Assembly: GCA_964010765.1 (NCBI GenBank)
Contig: CAXGMD010000038.1
Span: forward strand, 1-32,544
Direction: 5' to 3'
Source: an uncultured bacterium
GTDB lineage: Bacteria; SAR324; NAC60-12
Length of the DNA: 32,544 nucleotides
The position numbers and the translations under genes were made by a program. Positions 20,641 to 30,007 of this stretch are shown here, one piece after another (within the stretch, counting starts at the first letter, position 1; each line of letters opens with the position of its first letter). The notes under the pieces were generated by a model that was not told where the DNA came from, ran no database searches, and saw only the letters and a program-made list of their open reading frames with translations.

Positions 20641-21678
20641 TCACTTGGAATACTTGGCGACCAGTTCTCGGGCCTTGCTGACAAGGCTCTTACCGTCGAT
20701 GCCAGAATCACTGACTTCTTTCACCCAGCGATCGACAACAGGCTCCAGCGCTTTCTTGAACTCAGCAGTTTCTGCAGTACTCAATGTGATATGCTCATTC
20801 CCTGCTTTTGTCGCTACACCGATGCCAAACAGGTCAGTACGGTGCCACACTTCGCCAACTTCTCTGACCCAAGCTTCGTTGGAGGCTTGCAGGAAAACGT
20901 CCTGAAGATCTTTGGGCAACTTATCCCATGTCCCTTGATTCATGGAGACCTGGAAGGTCGTTGTCCCAAAGCGGGTCATATTCTCACCTTCAATCTGGTA
21001 CTTGGTCATATCTTGGAGCTTCAACGGTGGAATGATTTCCCAGGGAATCAAGCCTCCATCAACCACATTCTTGGAAAGAGCTTGTGGAAAGTCTGGTACT
21101 GGCATAGATACTGGCGCCGCTCCCATTGCTTCTAGAACCCAGGCACCTGTTCTGGTGGGGATACGCATCTTGGTGCCCTGAAAGTCACTGGGCTTGCGGA
21201 TTACCTTGTCAACCATATGGATCGCCTGCCCTTGGTGGACATGCAGAAACATCACTTTCATACCGCGGTATTCTTCCGCAAGGTAATCCTCGAACATCTC
21301 ACGCATGGCAAGATTGGTGGCCACAGGATCATTCGTATGGATGAAAGGTAGTTCGAAGACCTCTGTACGTGGAAACAAGCCTGGCGTGTACCCATTGACT
21401 GTCCAGATCAGATCAACCACCCCGTCACGGACTTGTCGAACCAGTTGAGGTGGTTTGCCTCCCAAGGACATTGCTGGGTAGATATCAATTTTAACTCTCC
21501 CTTTTGATAACTCCTCTACCTTCTTTACCCATGGTTCCAGCATTTGTGTATGCGCTGGAGCTTTTGGACCTAATAAATGGTGCAACTTGAGAGTGAAATC
21601 AGCGGCTTGAACCGAACCAGCGACGAGGAGTGCAGATGCACTAAAAATAGAAGCAATCAAAATTGGCAGGCGTTTCAT
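20641..21678 (-). CDS. dctP: TRAP transporter substrate-binding protein
   Basis: Signal peptide, SKGRVKIDIYPAMSLGG, VRDGVVD, YTPGLFP, FELPF, GTKMRIP (conserved carboxylate-binding Arg). Confidence 0.93.
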   Translation of the reverse strand: MKRLPILIASIFSASALLVAGSVQAADFTLKLHHLLGPKAPAHTQMLEPWVKKVEELSKGRVKIDIYPAMSLGGKPPQLVRQVRDGVVDLIWTVNGYTPGLFPRTEVFELPFIHTNDPVATNLAMREMFEDYLAEEYRGMKVMFLHVHQGQAIHMVDKVIRKPSDFQGTKMRIPTRTGAWVLEAMGAAPVSMPVPDFPQALSKNVVDGGLIPWEIIPPLKLQDMTKYQIEGENMTRFGTTTFQVSMNQGTWDKLPKDLQDVFLQASNEAWVREVGEVWHRTDLFGIGVATKAGNEHITLSTAETAEFKKALEPVVDRWVKEVSDSGIDGKSLVSKARELVAKYSK

Positions 21679-21960
21679 GGCGAAGCTCTCGTATGGGGAT
21701 TATCTGGCAAGTTCGGCAGAAACTTTCTCAAACTACCAAACTGCAACAAAACTTGCTATCCGCGATGCTTTGACGAATAAACAATAACTATTACAAAACT
21801 CTTCTCTAATGAGAATTTCAAGTTTCAACCTGCTTGCCCACAGAATTAGGTATCTTTACTTTTATAGCTTTAGCTTAAGACATGTCTGTAAAACACTTAG
21901 AGCAGTTTTGAAAAGGCTTGTTTCAGCTCATTGAAACCACTTTTTGGATAATTTATATTT

Positions 21961-21988
21961 TTGATATCTGTAATTCTTAAATTATAAC
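21961..21988 (+). promoter_or_regulatory. Possible sigma70 promoter of the sugar cluster
   Basis: TTGATA, 16 nt spacer, TATAAC in the AT-rich divergent intergenic region. The AT richness makes a chance match possible. Confidence 0.35.
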
Positions 21989-22010
21989 TAATCTTCAAAA
22001 TCCATCTACC

Positions 22011-22973
22011 ATGTCATCAGTTCTCCCACCAGCATTTGCTTCACGTCTCAATTCTATGAAATCAAAACCCGAACTTTGGGAGGGCCGAGAAGATCTCATT
22101 GGTTGGATTCATCGACAGGGCACAATCAGTGGGCTTGAACTTGTTGATTTCAACTACCCTGAACACTTGGAAGGCTATTCACTCTCTGAAATTAAGATTG
22201 CTCTCTCTGAAGCTGGATTATCAACTGGAGCAGTTTGTCTAAGATATCCGAAGCATTTCAGCTTGGGTGCTTTCACGAATCCAGCTGCAGCACTTCGACG
22301 TGAAGCAATCCAGCTGACTCTGAATGCTGGTCAGTGGGCAAGAGAGCTCGGTGCAAAAGAATTGATTGTCTGGCCTGCCTATGACGGCTACGACTACCCT
22401 CTCCAAGTAAATTACAATGAACTTTGGCAGTACGTTGTTCAGGGGTTCCGCGAAGTCTGTGATTTCTTTCCGGAGCTTAGGGTTTCCTTGGAACCGAAAC
22501 CAACAGAGCCACGCCGTTACTTTATACAGAACACCACGGGGGCTGGATTGTTGATGGTACTAGAGGTTGACCGTGAGAATATGGGGCTTACCCTAGATTT
22601 TGGCCACTGCCTGATGGCGGGGGAAAACCCTGCTCAGTCTGTGGCGCTGGTTGGGAAGCACAAGAAACTCTGGGGCATGCAGCTCAACGATGGTTTTGTC
22701 CGTCCAGGCTGCGAAGATGGGATGCTACTTGGTTCTGTTCATCCACAACAAACCCTGGAATGCCTCCTCTGGCTCCAACGTACTCAATATGATGGGCACC
22801 TGTACTTTGACACCTTTCCAATCAATGAAGATCCCGTTCGTGAGGCAGAAGCCAACATTCGACGTTGCACTCGTTGGTGGAATCAGGCTGCTGATCTAGA
22901 AGCTAAAGGATTGGGTAACTGGCAATCAGATCATGACATTTTGAAAACTTTTGAAGCAATGGAGGAACTCTGA
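22011..22973 (+). CDS. Xylose isomerase-like TIM-barrel sugar isomerase/epimerase
   Basis: GAFTNP, W..YDGYDY, LEPKPTEPR, TLDFGH, QLNDG, ED, YFDTFP metal-site motifs. Confidence 0.85.
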   Translation: MSSVLPPAFASRLNSMKSKPELWEGREDLIGWIHRQGTISGLELVDFNYPEHLEGYSLSEIKIALSEAGLSTGAVCLRYPKHFSLGAFTNPAAALRREAIQLTLNAGQWARELGAKELIVWPAYDGYDYPLQVNYNELWQYVVQGFREVCDFFPELRVSLEPKPTEPRRYFIQNTTGAGLLMVLEVDRENMGLTLDFGHCLMAGENPAQSVALVGKHKKLWGMQLNDGFVRPGCEDGMLLGSVHPQQTLECLLWLQRTQYDGHLYFDTFPINEDPVREAEANIRRCTRWWNQAADLEAKGLGNWQSDHDILKTFEAMEEL

Positions 22974-23881
22974 AAAAACGAGTTTTGGTTGTTGGTGCCG
23001 CTAACTTGGACAGGATGGTCTACGTTGATCAGTTACCGGCTGTTGGAGCAACAATCATGGGGCAAAGATATGAAGAGCATCCTGGTGGTAAGGGTTCCAA
23101 TCAAGCAGTTGCCGCCTCTTTGTGGGGCACACAGACCCAATTCGTTGGTTGTATCGGTGAAGATGAGGCAGGAACCATTTTGCGCGAGGCCATGCTTAGT
23201 GCAGGAGTGAATTTGGATCTTCTCCAAACTCACCCTATCGGATCAGGCCTAGCACTTGATTTTGTTGACCAGTCTGGTCGATACCAGGCCGTTGTGATTT
23301 CGAGGGCAAACGAATATGTTACGTCTGATTTTCTTAAACCAGATCCCACTTTCTGGAAGGACATTGGCTTGGTGGTTCAGCAACTAGAGATTCCATTTGA
23401 AACAGTTGATGCTATTGGAAGAATGGCTCTCAGTTTTGACGTGCCTGTCCTTTTAAATGCTGCACCTGCTGCCAAAATTCCTAAGTCATGGTGGGATTGG
23501 ATCAACATGCTAGTAGTCAATGAAGTGGAAGCCTCTGCCTTGACTGGCCTTGAAATCCAACATCCTCAAGACGCAGAAATAGCAGCACAGCAGCTTCACA
23601 AACATTGTCGAAATGTCTTAATCACCCTCGGAGAAACGGGTGTCTTATTGTGCAATGTCGAGGGTGTTGATCACCTTCAAGCCTATAGAGTACCGGTCGT
23701 GAGTACCCTTGGTGCTGGTGATGCTTTTGTGGGGGTATTGGCTGCCGAATGGGTAGGACATCAAAATCTGCGGCAAGCAGCAGAGCAAGCAAATCGAGCT
23801 GCGGCTGCTAGTGTCCAGCGTTCAGGAGCGCAGGTTTCTTATGTGCGACGAGAAGAATTCAAAAATTGGGGATTGGCTTGA
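22970..23881 (+). CDS. PfkB family carbohydrate kinase (ribokinase-like) 1
   Basis: VLVVGAANLD, PGGKGSNQA, QQLE, LNAAPA, VNEVEA, ITLGETG, STLGAGDAF. Start is uncertain: CTG at 22970 (GGAGG upstream) or TTG at 22985. Confidence 0.85.
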   Translation: MKKRVLVVGAANLDRMVYVDQLPAVGATIMGQRYEEHPGGKGSNQAVAASLWGTQTQFVGCIGEDEAGTILREAMLSAGVNLDLLQTHPIGSGLALDFVDQSGRYQAVVISRANEYVTSDFLKPDPTFWKDIGLVVQQLEIPFETVDAIGRMALSFDVPVLLNAAPAAKIPKSWWDWINMLVVNEVEASALTGLEIQHPQDAEIAAQQLHKHCRNVLITLGETGVLLCNVEGVDHLQAYRVPVVSTLGAGDAFVGVLAAEWVGHQNLRQAAEQANRAAAASVQRSGAQVSYVRREEFKNWGLA

Positions 23882-23949
23882 TTGAAAAAATATGATCTAA
23901 ATCTGTATTTTCTAATTGAATTGCTTAAAAAATTACCTGGGGAGGCGAC

Positions 23950-24414
23950 ATGCTCAAAACCATTCATCCACTGCTAAGTGCCGATCTGCTTTACATTCTC
24001 CGTTCTATGGGTCACGGGGATGAATTGATCCTGGCTGACTGCAATTTCCCATCTGCCTCCGTAGCTGCACATACTGTCACCGGTGAGTTGATCAACATGA
24101 ACGGGGTCGATATTCCTGAGGCAGCAGGGGCGATTCTCTCCGTGTTCCCGCTGGATAGCTTTGTCGAGCATGCCGTGCTGAGAATGGAAGTCGTTGGGAA
24201 TCCAGATGAGTTAGTCCCTTGTCACACGGATATGCAACGAGTCGTAAAAGAGACTTCAGGCGATCAGTGGAAAATGGGTTCGATTGAACGCTTTGCCTTT
24301 TACGAGAGAGCACGCAATGCGTACGCCGTTGTTTGTGCTGGAAATGAGAGGAGATCCTATGGGTGCTTTGTCTTGGTAAAAGGTGTCTTGGATCCAGACG
24401 GAAACGTAGTCTGA
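23950..24414 (+). CDS. RbsD/FucU family sugar mutarotase/pyranase
   Basis: MLKTIHPLLS, MGHGDELILADCNFP, ERFAFYERA, YG...LVKGV; GGAGG RBS. Confidence 0.93.
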   Translation: MLKTIHPLLSADLLYILRSMGHGDELILADCNFPSASVAAHTVTGELINMNGVDIPEAAGAILSVFPLDSFVEHAVLRMEVVGNPDELVPCHTDMQRVVKETSGDQWKMGSIERFAFYERARNAYAVVCAGNERRSYGCFVLVKGVLDPDGNVV

Positions 24415-24442
24415 CAATCTTCAACAAGCTCGAGCGCAATCT

Positions 24443-25372
24443 ATGAAGTCAGTCGTAATTTTAGGTATTTTCGTTGCTGATCTCGCCTTCCGGACACCAA
24501 GAATGCCCGTGATGGGCGAAACAGTGATTGGTCCCCTATTTAAACTTGGACCTGGTGGGAAGGGATCTAATCAGGCGGTTGCTGCCAAAAGAGCCGGGGC
24601 AGAAGTGAGCTTCATTGCAATGCTGGGTGAAGATGCCTTCGCAAAAATCGCTCTAGATTTGTATTCCTCTGAGGGAGTCAACACCGATTATGTTTTCCGC
24701 ACAAAAGAACAGGACACTGGAGCTGCGGATATTATCATTGATGATGTGACCGGTAATAATGCGATCATTGTCGTGATCGGGGCTGCTGGATTACTTGGCC
24801 CAGAGCATGTGGAGCAAGCGACCTCGAGAATCGCTGAGGCATCGGTCTTCATGACTAACTTTGAGGTCTCTTCCCCTGCTGTAAAACGAGGGTTGGAGAT
24901 TGCCAGAGCGCATGGAATTCCAACCATTCTCAACCCAGCACCCGCAACAGAAACCCCTTTAGAGATCTTTGCTCTCGCAGATTATGCAACTCCCAATGAA
25001 ACAGAGGCCTCATCGTTCACGGGTATTCAGGTTAATGATGCCAATGATGCTAGAAAAGCGGCTTTGAAATTACGCGAGATGGGTGTTGGCACTGCCTTAA
25101 TCACCCTAGGCGAAAAGGGTTGCTATGTGCTCAATGATGACTTGGATGAACACATCCCTGCTTTCGACATGACTGGAAAAGTTATTGAAACGACTGGAGC
25201 AGGAGACGCCTTCAATGGTGGATTTGCACACGCTTTAGCCAGTGGTCAGTCCCTGCGTGATGCCATCAGATTTGGTTCTGCTACAGCCGCACTGTCTGTC
25301 ACCAAACCAGGGACAGCTCCTGCTATGCCAACAAATGCTGAAATCCAATCACTACTCAACACCGGAACCTAA
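24443..25372 (+). CDS. Ribokinase-family kinase 2 (possible deoxyribokinase)
   Basis: LGIFVAD, GPGGKGSNQA, TGAA.I, LNPAPA, TPNETEA, ITLGEKG, ETTGAGDAFNG. Confidence 0.9.
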   Translation: MKSVVILGIFVADLAFRTPRMPVMGETVIGPLFKLGPGGKGSNQAVAAKRAGAEVSFIAMLGEDAFAKIALDLYSSEGVNTDYVFRTKEQDTGAADIIIDDVTGNNAIIVVIGAAGLLGPEHVEQATSRIAEASVFMTNFEVSSPAVKRGLEIARAHGIPTILNPAPATETPLEIFALADYATPNETEASSFTGIQVNDANDARKAALKLREMGVGTALITLGEKGCYVLNDDLDEHIPAFDMTGKVIETTGAGDAFNGGFAHALASGQSLRDAIRFGSATAALSVTKPGTAPAMPTNAEIQSLLNTGT

Positions 25373-25374
25373 TT

Positions 25375-26244
25375 ATGAGAGATTGGTCTCGTCATGTTTT
25401 CATTTGGCCGGCTACGTTAGTTGTCTTGCTTGTTACACTTTTTCCCCTTGTCTACACACTAGACTTGAGTTTTCAAAACTCTAGACTTGTTCCCCCACTC
25501 CCTCCTAAATACATCGGTTTAGGAAACTATACTAAACTCTTTGGGCAAGAACGGTTTTGGTCTGTTATTGGGAATACAAGTATTTTTGTTTTTGTGTCTG
25601 TAACTTTACAGTATGTATTGGGGTTTGCTATCGCACTGGCATTACATAGTAAAGTTGCTGGAGAAAAACTTTATCGCATAACTTTCCTTCTGCCAATGCT
25701 GATGACACCAATTGCAGTAGCATTGTTATGGAAGACCATGTTCAATCAACAATTTGGCCCCTTAAACCAGGTATTTACTTTTTTTGGCTATGCAAATCCA
25801 CCTTTTCTTACTGAAAATATTTGGAGTTATGGATCTCTAATAACTGTCGAAGTGTGGCAATGGACTCCATTTGTGATCTTAATGATGCTTGCTGGCCTAC
25901 AGTCTCTGCCTACTGATATTTTTGAAGCAGCTCGATTGGAAAATGCTTCCTCTTTACAAATGTTTTTAGGAATCACTTTCCCAATGCTTTTACCTCTGAC
26001 AGCTGCGGTGATATTTATTCGCATTGTAGAGGCTTTCAAAATTATAGACACAGTTTATATTATGACAGGAGGAGGGCCAGGTATCGCTACAGAAACACTG
26101 ACTCTCTTCGCTTATCAAGAAGGATTAAAGAAGTTTAATCTCGGCTACACTTCTGCGATAAGCTTTTTATTTCTGATTTTTATCATCATTTTTGGATTGA
26201 TTTATATGGTCATATTAAAACCCCAAATCGAGAAAAGACGTTGA
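25375..26244 (+). CDS. Carbohydrate ABC transporter permease (CUT1, MalF/UgpA-like)
   Basis: YIGLGNY, VWQWTPF, AGLQSLP..IFEAARLE (EAA loop), TGGGPG.ATET. Confidence 0.93.
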   Translation: MRDWSRHVFIWPATLVVLLVTLFPLVYTLDLSFQNSRLVPPLPPKYIGLGNYTKLFGQERFWSVIGNTSIFVFVSVTLQYVLGFAIALALHSKVAGEKLYRITFLLPMLMTPIAVALLWKTMFNQQFGPLNQVFTFFGYANPPFLTENIWSYGSLITVEVWQWTPFVILMMLAGLQSLPTDIFEAARLENASSLQMFLGITFPMLLPLTAAVIFIRIVEAFKIIDTVYIMTGGGPGIATETLTLFAYQEGLKKFNLGYTSAISFLFLIFIIIFGLIYMVILKPQIEKRR

Positions 26245-26253
26245 GACGAGGTC

Positions 26254-27276
26254 ATGAATAAAAATTCAAATCAAAAAATCATTACCCAAATTTTATGTAT
26301 TGCTTGGCTAATATTCACTTTATTCCCACTCTATTGGATATTTGTCACATCATTCAAATCACCGATTGCCGTTACTGGTGGACCAACTTACTTACCCTGG
26401 ATTGACTTTGAACCAACATTAAATGCTTGGAGTGATGCATTTTCTGGTAGTCGAGGTGATTTCTTCGCAACTTTTTTCAATTCAGTTTGGATATCGGTAG
26501 CTGCCAGTTTGATTGCCGTGGTATTTGGATCCATGGCTGCTTATGCGCTTGTAAGATTTCAATTCAGAGTAAAATTACTAGCTGGGATTGTCTTTGCCTC
26601 CTGTGGGATGGGCTCTTATCTATTGGCAAAAGAAATCTTTGATTGGAAGGATACCACGTCAATGGGCTTTGCTTTTCTTTGTGCTTTGATTCTAAGTGTA
26701 ATAAGCAATCGATTACCACTGCCTGGACCTGTTCTGAAAAATAATGATGTTGTGTTTTGGTTTGTTTCACAGCGAATGATGCCTCCAATCGTAAGTGCAT
26801 TTGCTTTGTACATGCTTTACTCAAAAATTGGGAAGGACTCTGGAATAAGATTATTAGACAGCTTTGCTGGCCTAACATTATGTTATGTAGCTTTTTCACT
26901 TCCACTTGTAGTCTGGCTGATGCGCGACTTTTTTGAGTCTTTGCCTGTCGAAGTAGAAGAAGCAGCATTGGTTGATGATGTACCCAGGTGGCGCATATTT
27001 TTAGAAATTGTCATTCCGATGGCAAAACCTGGTTTGGTGGCCGTAACAATGATTACTATTGGATTTGTTTGGAATGAATTTCTATTTGCTCTCATTTTAA
27101 CAACTGGAGACTGGCAAACTTTGCCAGTTCTCTTGTCGGGTCAAAATTCTTATCGTGGTGATGAGTGGTGGGCTATTGCTGTTGCGAATATCATAGCAAT
27201 CGCACCTATGCTGATTATCACGATTCTACTGGGTAGAATGATGAGGTCTGGGCTGATGCTAGGATCAATTCGCTAA
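26254..27276 (+). CDS. Carbohydrate ABC transporter permease (CUT1, MalG/UgpE-like) with an internal insertion
   Basis: FPLYW..VTSFK, AAYALVRF, RMMPP, LPVEVEEAALVD, WNEFLFA. Confidence 0.92.
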   Translation: MNKNSNQKIITQILCIAWLIFTLFPLYWIFVTSFKSPIAVTGGPTYLPWIDFEPTLNAWSDAFSGSRGDFFATFFNSVWISVAASLIAVVFGSMAAYALVRFQFRVKLLAGIVFASCGMGSYLLAKEIFDWKDTTSMGFAFLCALILSVISNRLPLPGPVLKNNDVVFWFVSQRMMPPIVSAFALYMLYSKIGKDSGIRLLDSFAGLTLCYVAFSLPLVVWLMRDFFESLPVEVEEAALVDDVPRWRIFLEIVIPMAKPGLVAVTMITIGFVWNEFLFALILTTGDWQTLPVLLSGQNSYRGDEWWAIAVANIIAIAPMLIITILLGRMMRSGLMLGSIR

Positions 27277-27355
27277 CTACCCACTATCTATGTGGCAAGT
27301 TAATGATTTTTTTCATTAGCTCACGCTACAATTTCCACTTCATGAAGAGGAAAAA

Positions 27356-28816
27356 ATGAAGAAAATGTTCGCTGGATTTCTAGCCAGTGCAACTGCTGCC
27401 ATCCTCACATCTGGGATCGCTGCAGCTCAATGTAAACCACAGACTGGCATGCCAGACTATACTGGTGTAACGATAAATGTTGGTTCACAAGTAGGACCTT
27501 TTATCGCTAGTGCGATGAAGCAAGGTGGTGACTCTTGGAGCAAAGCCACTTGCGGGAAAGTACAAATTGTCGAATTCCCATTTGGGGAACTTTACCCTAA
27601 GTACCTCACTGCTTTTGCAGCAGGGGAAGACGCATTTGATGTGATCACATTTGCACCTGCTTGGACCCCAGATTTAGCTCCATTTCTCTCCGAAATGCCT
27701 AGCAAAATGAGAGAAACAGATGCTTGGCAAGATATTCACCCGACTTATCGTGACCGGTTGATGGTTTGGGAAGGAAAGCATAAGTCACAAACCATTGACG
27801 GAGATCTCCATACTTTACACTACCGCATTGACTTATTCGAAGATCCCAAAGAAAGGGCTGCCTTCAAAGCAAAGTACGGACGTGATTTAGTCGTACCTCG
27901 TACATGGGATGAGTACTATGAAGTTGCTGAATTCTTCCATCGACCAAATGATGGAATCTACGGTGTAACAGAAGCTTTTGCCAGAGGTGGGCAGCAGTTC
28001 TGGTTCTATTTCACTCATGCTGCTTCCTACACAAATCACCCTGAAAATCCTGGCTCAATGTTCTTTGATCCAGACACGATGGATGCTCAGGTAAACAATC
28101 CTGGATGGGTAAAGGCTTTAGAAGACTACATAAAGTCTCTCAAATTGGCTCCTCCAGGCGCACTAAACTATTCATCAGGAGACACACGACAGCAGTTTGC
28201 TGGTGGCAAAACCTCTATGAATTTTGACTGGGGAGATACTGGTACGGTTGGTACTGATCCATCACAAAGCCAAATTCCTGGCAGTGTTGGTTCAGATCTT
28301 ACTCCAGGTTCAACCACGATTTGGAATTACAAAACCAAACAGTGGGATGAGTTCTCCCGAGTTATCCACTCTCCATTCATGGCCTTTGGAGGATGGCAAG
28401 CTGCGGTTCCAGAGTTGAGTGAAGACAAAGAAGCTGCATGGCATTACGTTGAGCACACCACCAATATTGAGAATAGTTCTATTCAAGCAATTACTGGTGG
28501 TTCCGGTGTAAACCCATATCGCTACAGCCACTTTAGCAAAGATCTTTGGGAAAAGAAGATGAGTCCTCGCGAAGCAAACGAATATCTGACTGCACAACGT
28601 GACTCCCTCGGGGCTACCAACGTTGCGTTGGATATGCGATTGCCAGGATACTTCTCTTACACTGAAATCCTGGAGATTGAATTGACTCGTGCTCTTGCTG
28701 GAGAAATCTCACCACAAGAAGCTCTAGACTCCGTAGCATCTCAATGGAATGAGTTGACGGACGAGTTTGGGCGTGACTCCCAAAAAGCAGCCTACCGCGC
28801 TTCGATGGGTCTTTAA
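27356..28816 (+). CDS. Carbohydrate ABC transporter substrate-binding protein (family 1)
   Basis: GAGG RBS, signal peptide ending AAA-Q, LHYRIDLFEDP, VPRTWDEY, FAGGKTSM. Confidence 0.9.
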   Translation: MKKMFAGFLASATAAILTSGIAAAQCKPQTGMPDYTGVTINVGSQVGPFIASAMKQGGDSWSKATCGKVQIVEFPFGELYPKYLTAFAAGEDAFDVITFAPAWTPDLAPFLSEMPSKMRETDAWQDIHPTYRDRLMVWEGKHKSQTIDGDLHTLHYRIDLFEDPKERAAFKAKYGRDLVVPRTWDEYYEVAEFFHRPNDGIYGVTEAFARGGQQFWFYFTHAASYTNHPENPGSMFFDPDTMDAQVNNPGWVKALEDYIKSLKLAPPGALNYSSGDTRQQFAGGKTSMNFDWGDTGTVGTDPSQSQIPGSVGSDLTPGSTTIWNYKTKQWDEFSRVIHSPFMAFGGWQAAVPELSEDKEAAWHYVEHTTNIENSSIQAITGGSGVNPYRYSHFSKDLWEKKMSPREANEYLTAQRDSLGATNVALDMRLPGYFSYTEILEIELTRALAGEISPQEALDSVASQWNELTDEFGRDSQKAAYRASMGL

Positions 28817-28858
28817 TCTTCCTTGACAGGGATTTTAAAGAATTCCTGCTCTTATACA

Positions 28859-28886
28859 ACCTGCCAACAAAATTTTGTTGGCAGGT
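28859..28886. repeat. Perfect 28 bp palindrome ACCTGCCAACAAAATTTTGTTGGCAGGT (intra-operon stem-loop)
   Basis: Self-complementary by inspection; lies between the binding-protein and ATPase genes. Confidence 0.85.
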
Positions 28887-28918
28887 CCTTTCCCCACCAA
28901 CGCTATTTGGCAAAATGC

Positions 28919-30007
28919 ATGGCACAAGTACGACTTGTTTCAATCACCAAAAAATTCGGTGAAACCACGGTAATTCCAGGATTGGATCTTGATATTGCTG
29001 ACCGAGAATTTGTTGTATTGGTCGGTCCATCAGGCTGTGGGAAAACTACTACACTTCGAATGATAGCAGGCTTAGAAGAGGCTTCTGGAGGTAATGTTTT
29101 TGTTGGTGAGCGAGATGTAACAAACCTTCGGCCTGGTTTGCGGAACTGTGCAATGGTCTTCCAAAATTATGCGCTTTATCCACACATGTCTGTAAGGGAC
29201 AACATCGCCTACGGACTAAAAGTACGCAAAACACCAAAGAATGAAGTTGAAAGACTGGTCAATGAGGCAGCCAGAATCCTAGAGCTGGATTCGATGTTAG
29301 ATCGGCGCCCTAAAAATCTATCAGGAGGACAGCGCCAAAGAGTTGCAATTGGCCGAGCAATTGTCCGTGAACCTGATGTTTTTCTTTTCGATGAACCCCT
29401 CTCGAATCTAGATGCAAAGCTACGAATTGAGATGAGGACAGAGATTAAGAATCTGCACCGGAGACTCAAAGCAACCATGGTGTATGTTACCCACGATCAG
29501 GTTGAGGCAATGACTCTCGCAGATAGAGTAGTTGTGATGAAAGACGGTATCATCGAACAAGTAGCGGATCCAATTACTCTTTATGAAAATCCAGCAAATA
29601 CTTTCGTGGCTAGTTTTATTGGATCTCCAAGTATGAATTTTCTATCAGTAAAACTGATTCGTAAAGAATCTAATTTTTTTGTTGAACTAGCTGAGGGTAG
29701 CCAACTGAAAATCCCTGAATCTATGCACAATAGATTTGAGCCATATATCGATCAAACTCTAACCCTAGGAATCAGACCAGAACATCTCGAAAATGCGGGG
29801 GAAGGCCACCCAGCTGTTGCAAATGTTCAGGTAAATGTTTTAGAGCCACTTGGGCCGCATACCCTTTTGTTGGGTCAGATTGGTCAAGAAAATCTTACTG
29901 CTCAGATTGAAGCACGCTCTGCTGTACAACCAGGTGCAACATATCCGATCGGATTCAGCATGGAACAGATACACATATTCGACCCTAAATCAGGGCGAGT
30001 TTTGTGA
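28919..30007 (+). CDS. Carbohydrate ABC transporter ATP-binding protein (MalK/UgpC family)
   Basis: From ATG at 28919 (MAQVRL); GPSGCGKTT, VFQNYALYPHM, LSGGQRQR, FLFDEPLSNLDAKLR, YVTHDQ, GIRPEH. Confidence 0.94.
   Translation: MAQVRLVSITKKFGETTVIPGLDLDIADREFVVLVGPSGCGKTTTLRMIAGLEEASGGNVFVGERDVTNLRPGLRNCAMVFQNYALYPHMSVRDNIAYGLKVRKTPKNEVERLVNEAARILELDSMLDRRPKNLSGGQRQRVAIGRAIVREPDVFLFDEPLSNLDAKLRIEMRTEIKNLHRRLKATMVYVTHDQVEAMTLADRVVVMKDGIIEQVADPITLYENPANTFVASFIGSPSMNFLSVKLIRKESNFFVELAEGSQLKIPESMHNRFEPYIDQTLTLGIRPEHLENAGEGHPAVANVQVNVLEPLGPHTLLLGQIGQENLTAQIEARSAVQPGATYPIGFSMEQIHIFDPKSGRVL

Noticed and set aside
20605..21135. 176 aa plus-strand ORF and other antisense or nested ORFs (e.g. 162..662, 18714..19184, 26564..26968)
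   Set aside because: They are shadows of well-supported genes and have no recognisable motifs.
23882..23949. Internal promoter TTGAAA-18-TATTTT before the RbsD/FucU gene
   Set aside because: Weak -10 in very AT-rich DNA; cannot be distinguished from chance.
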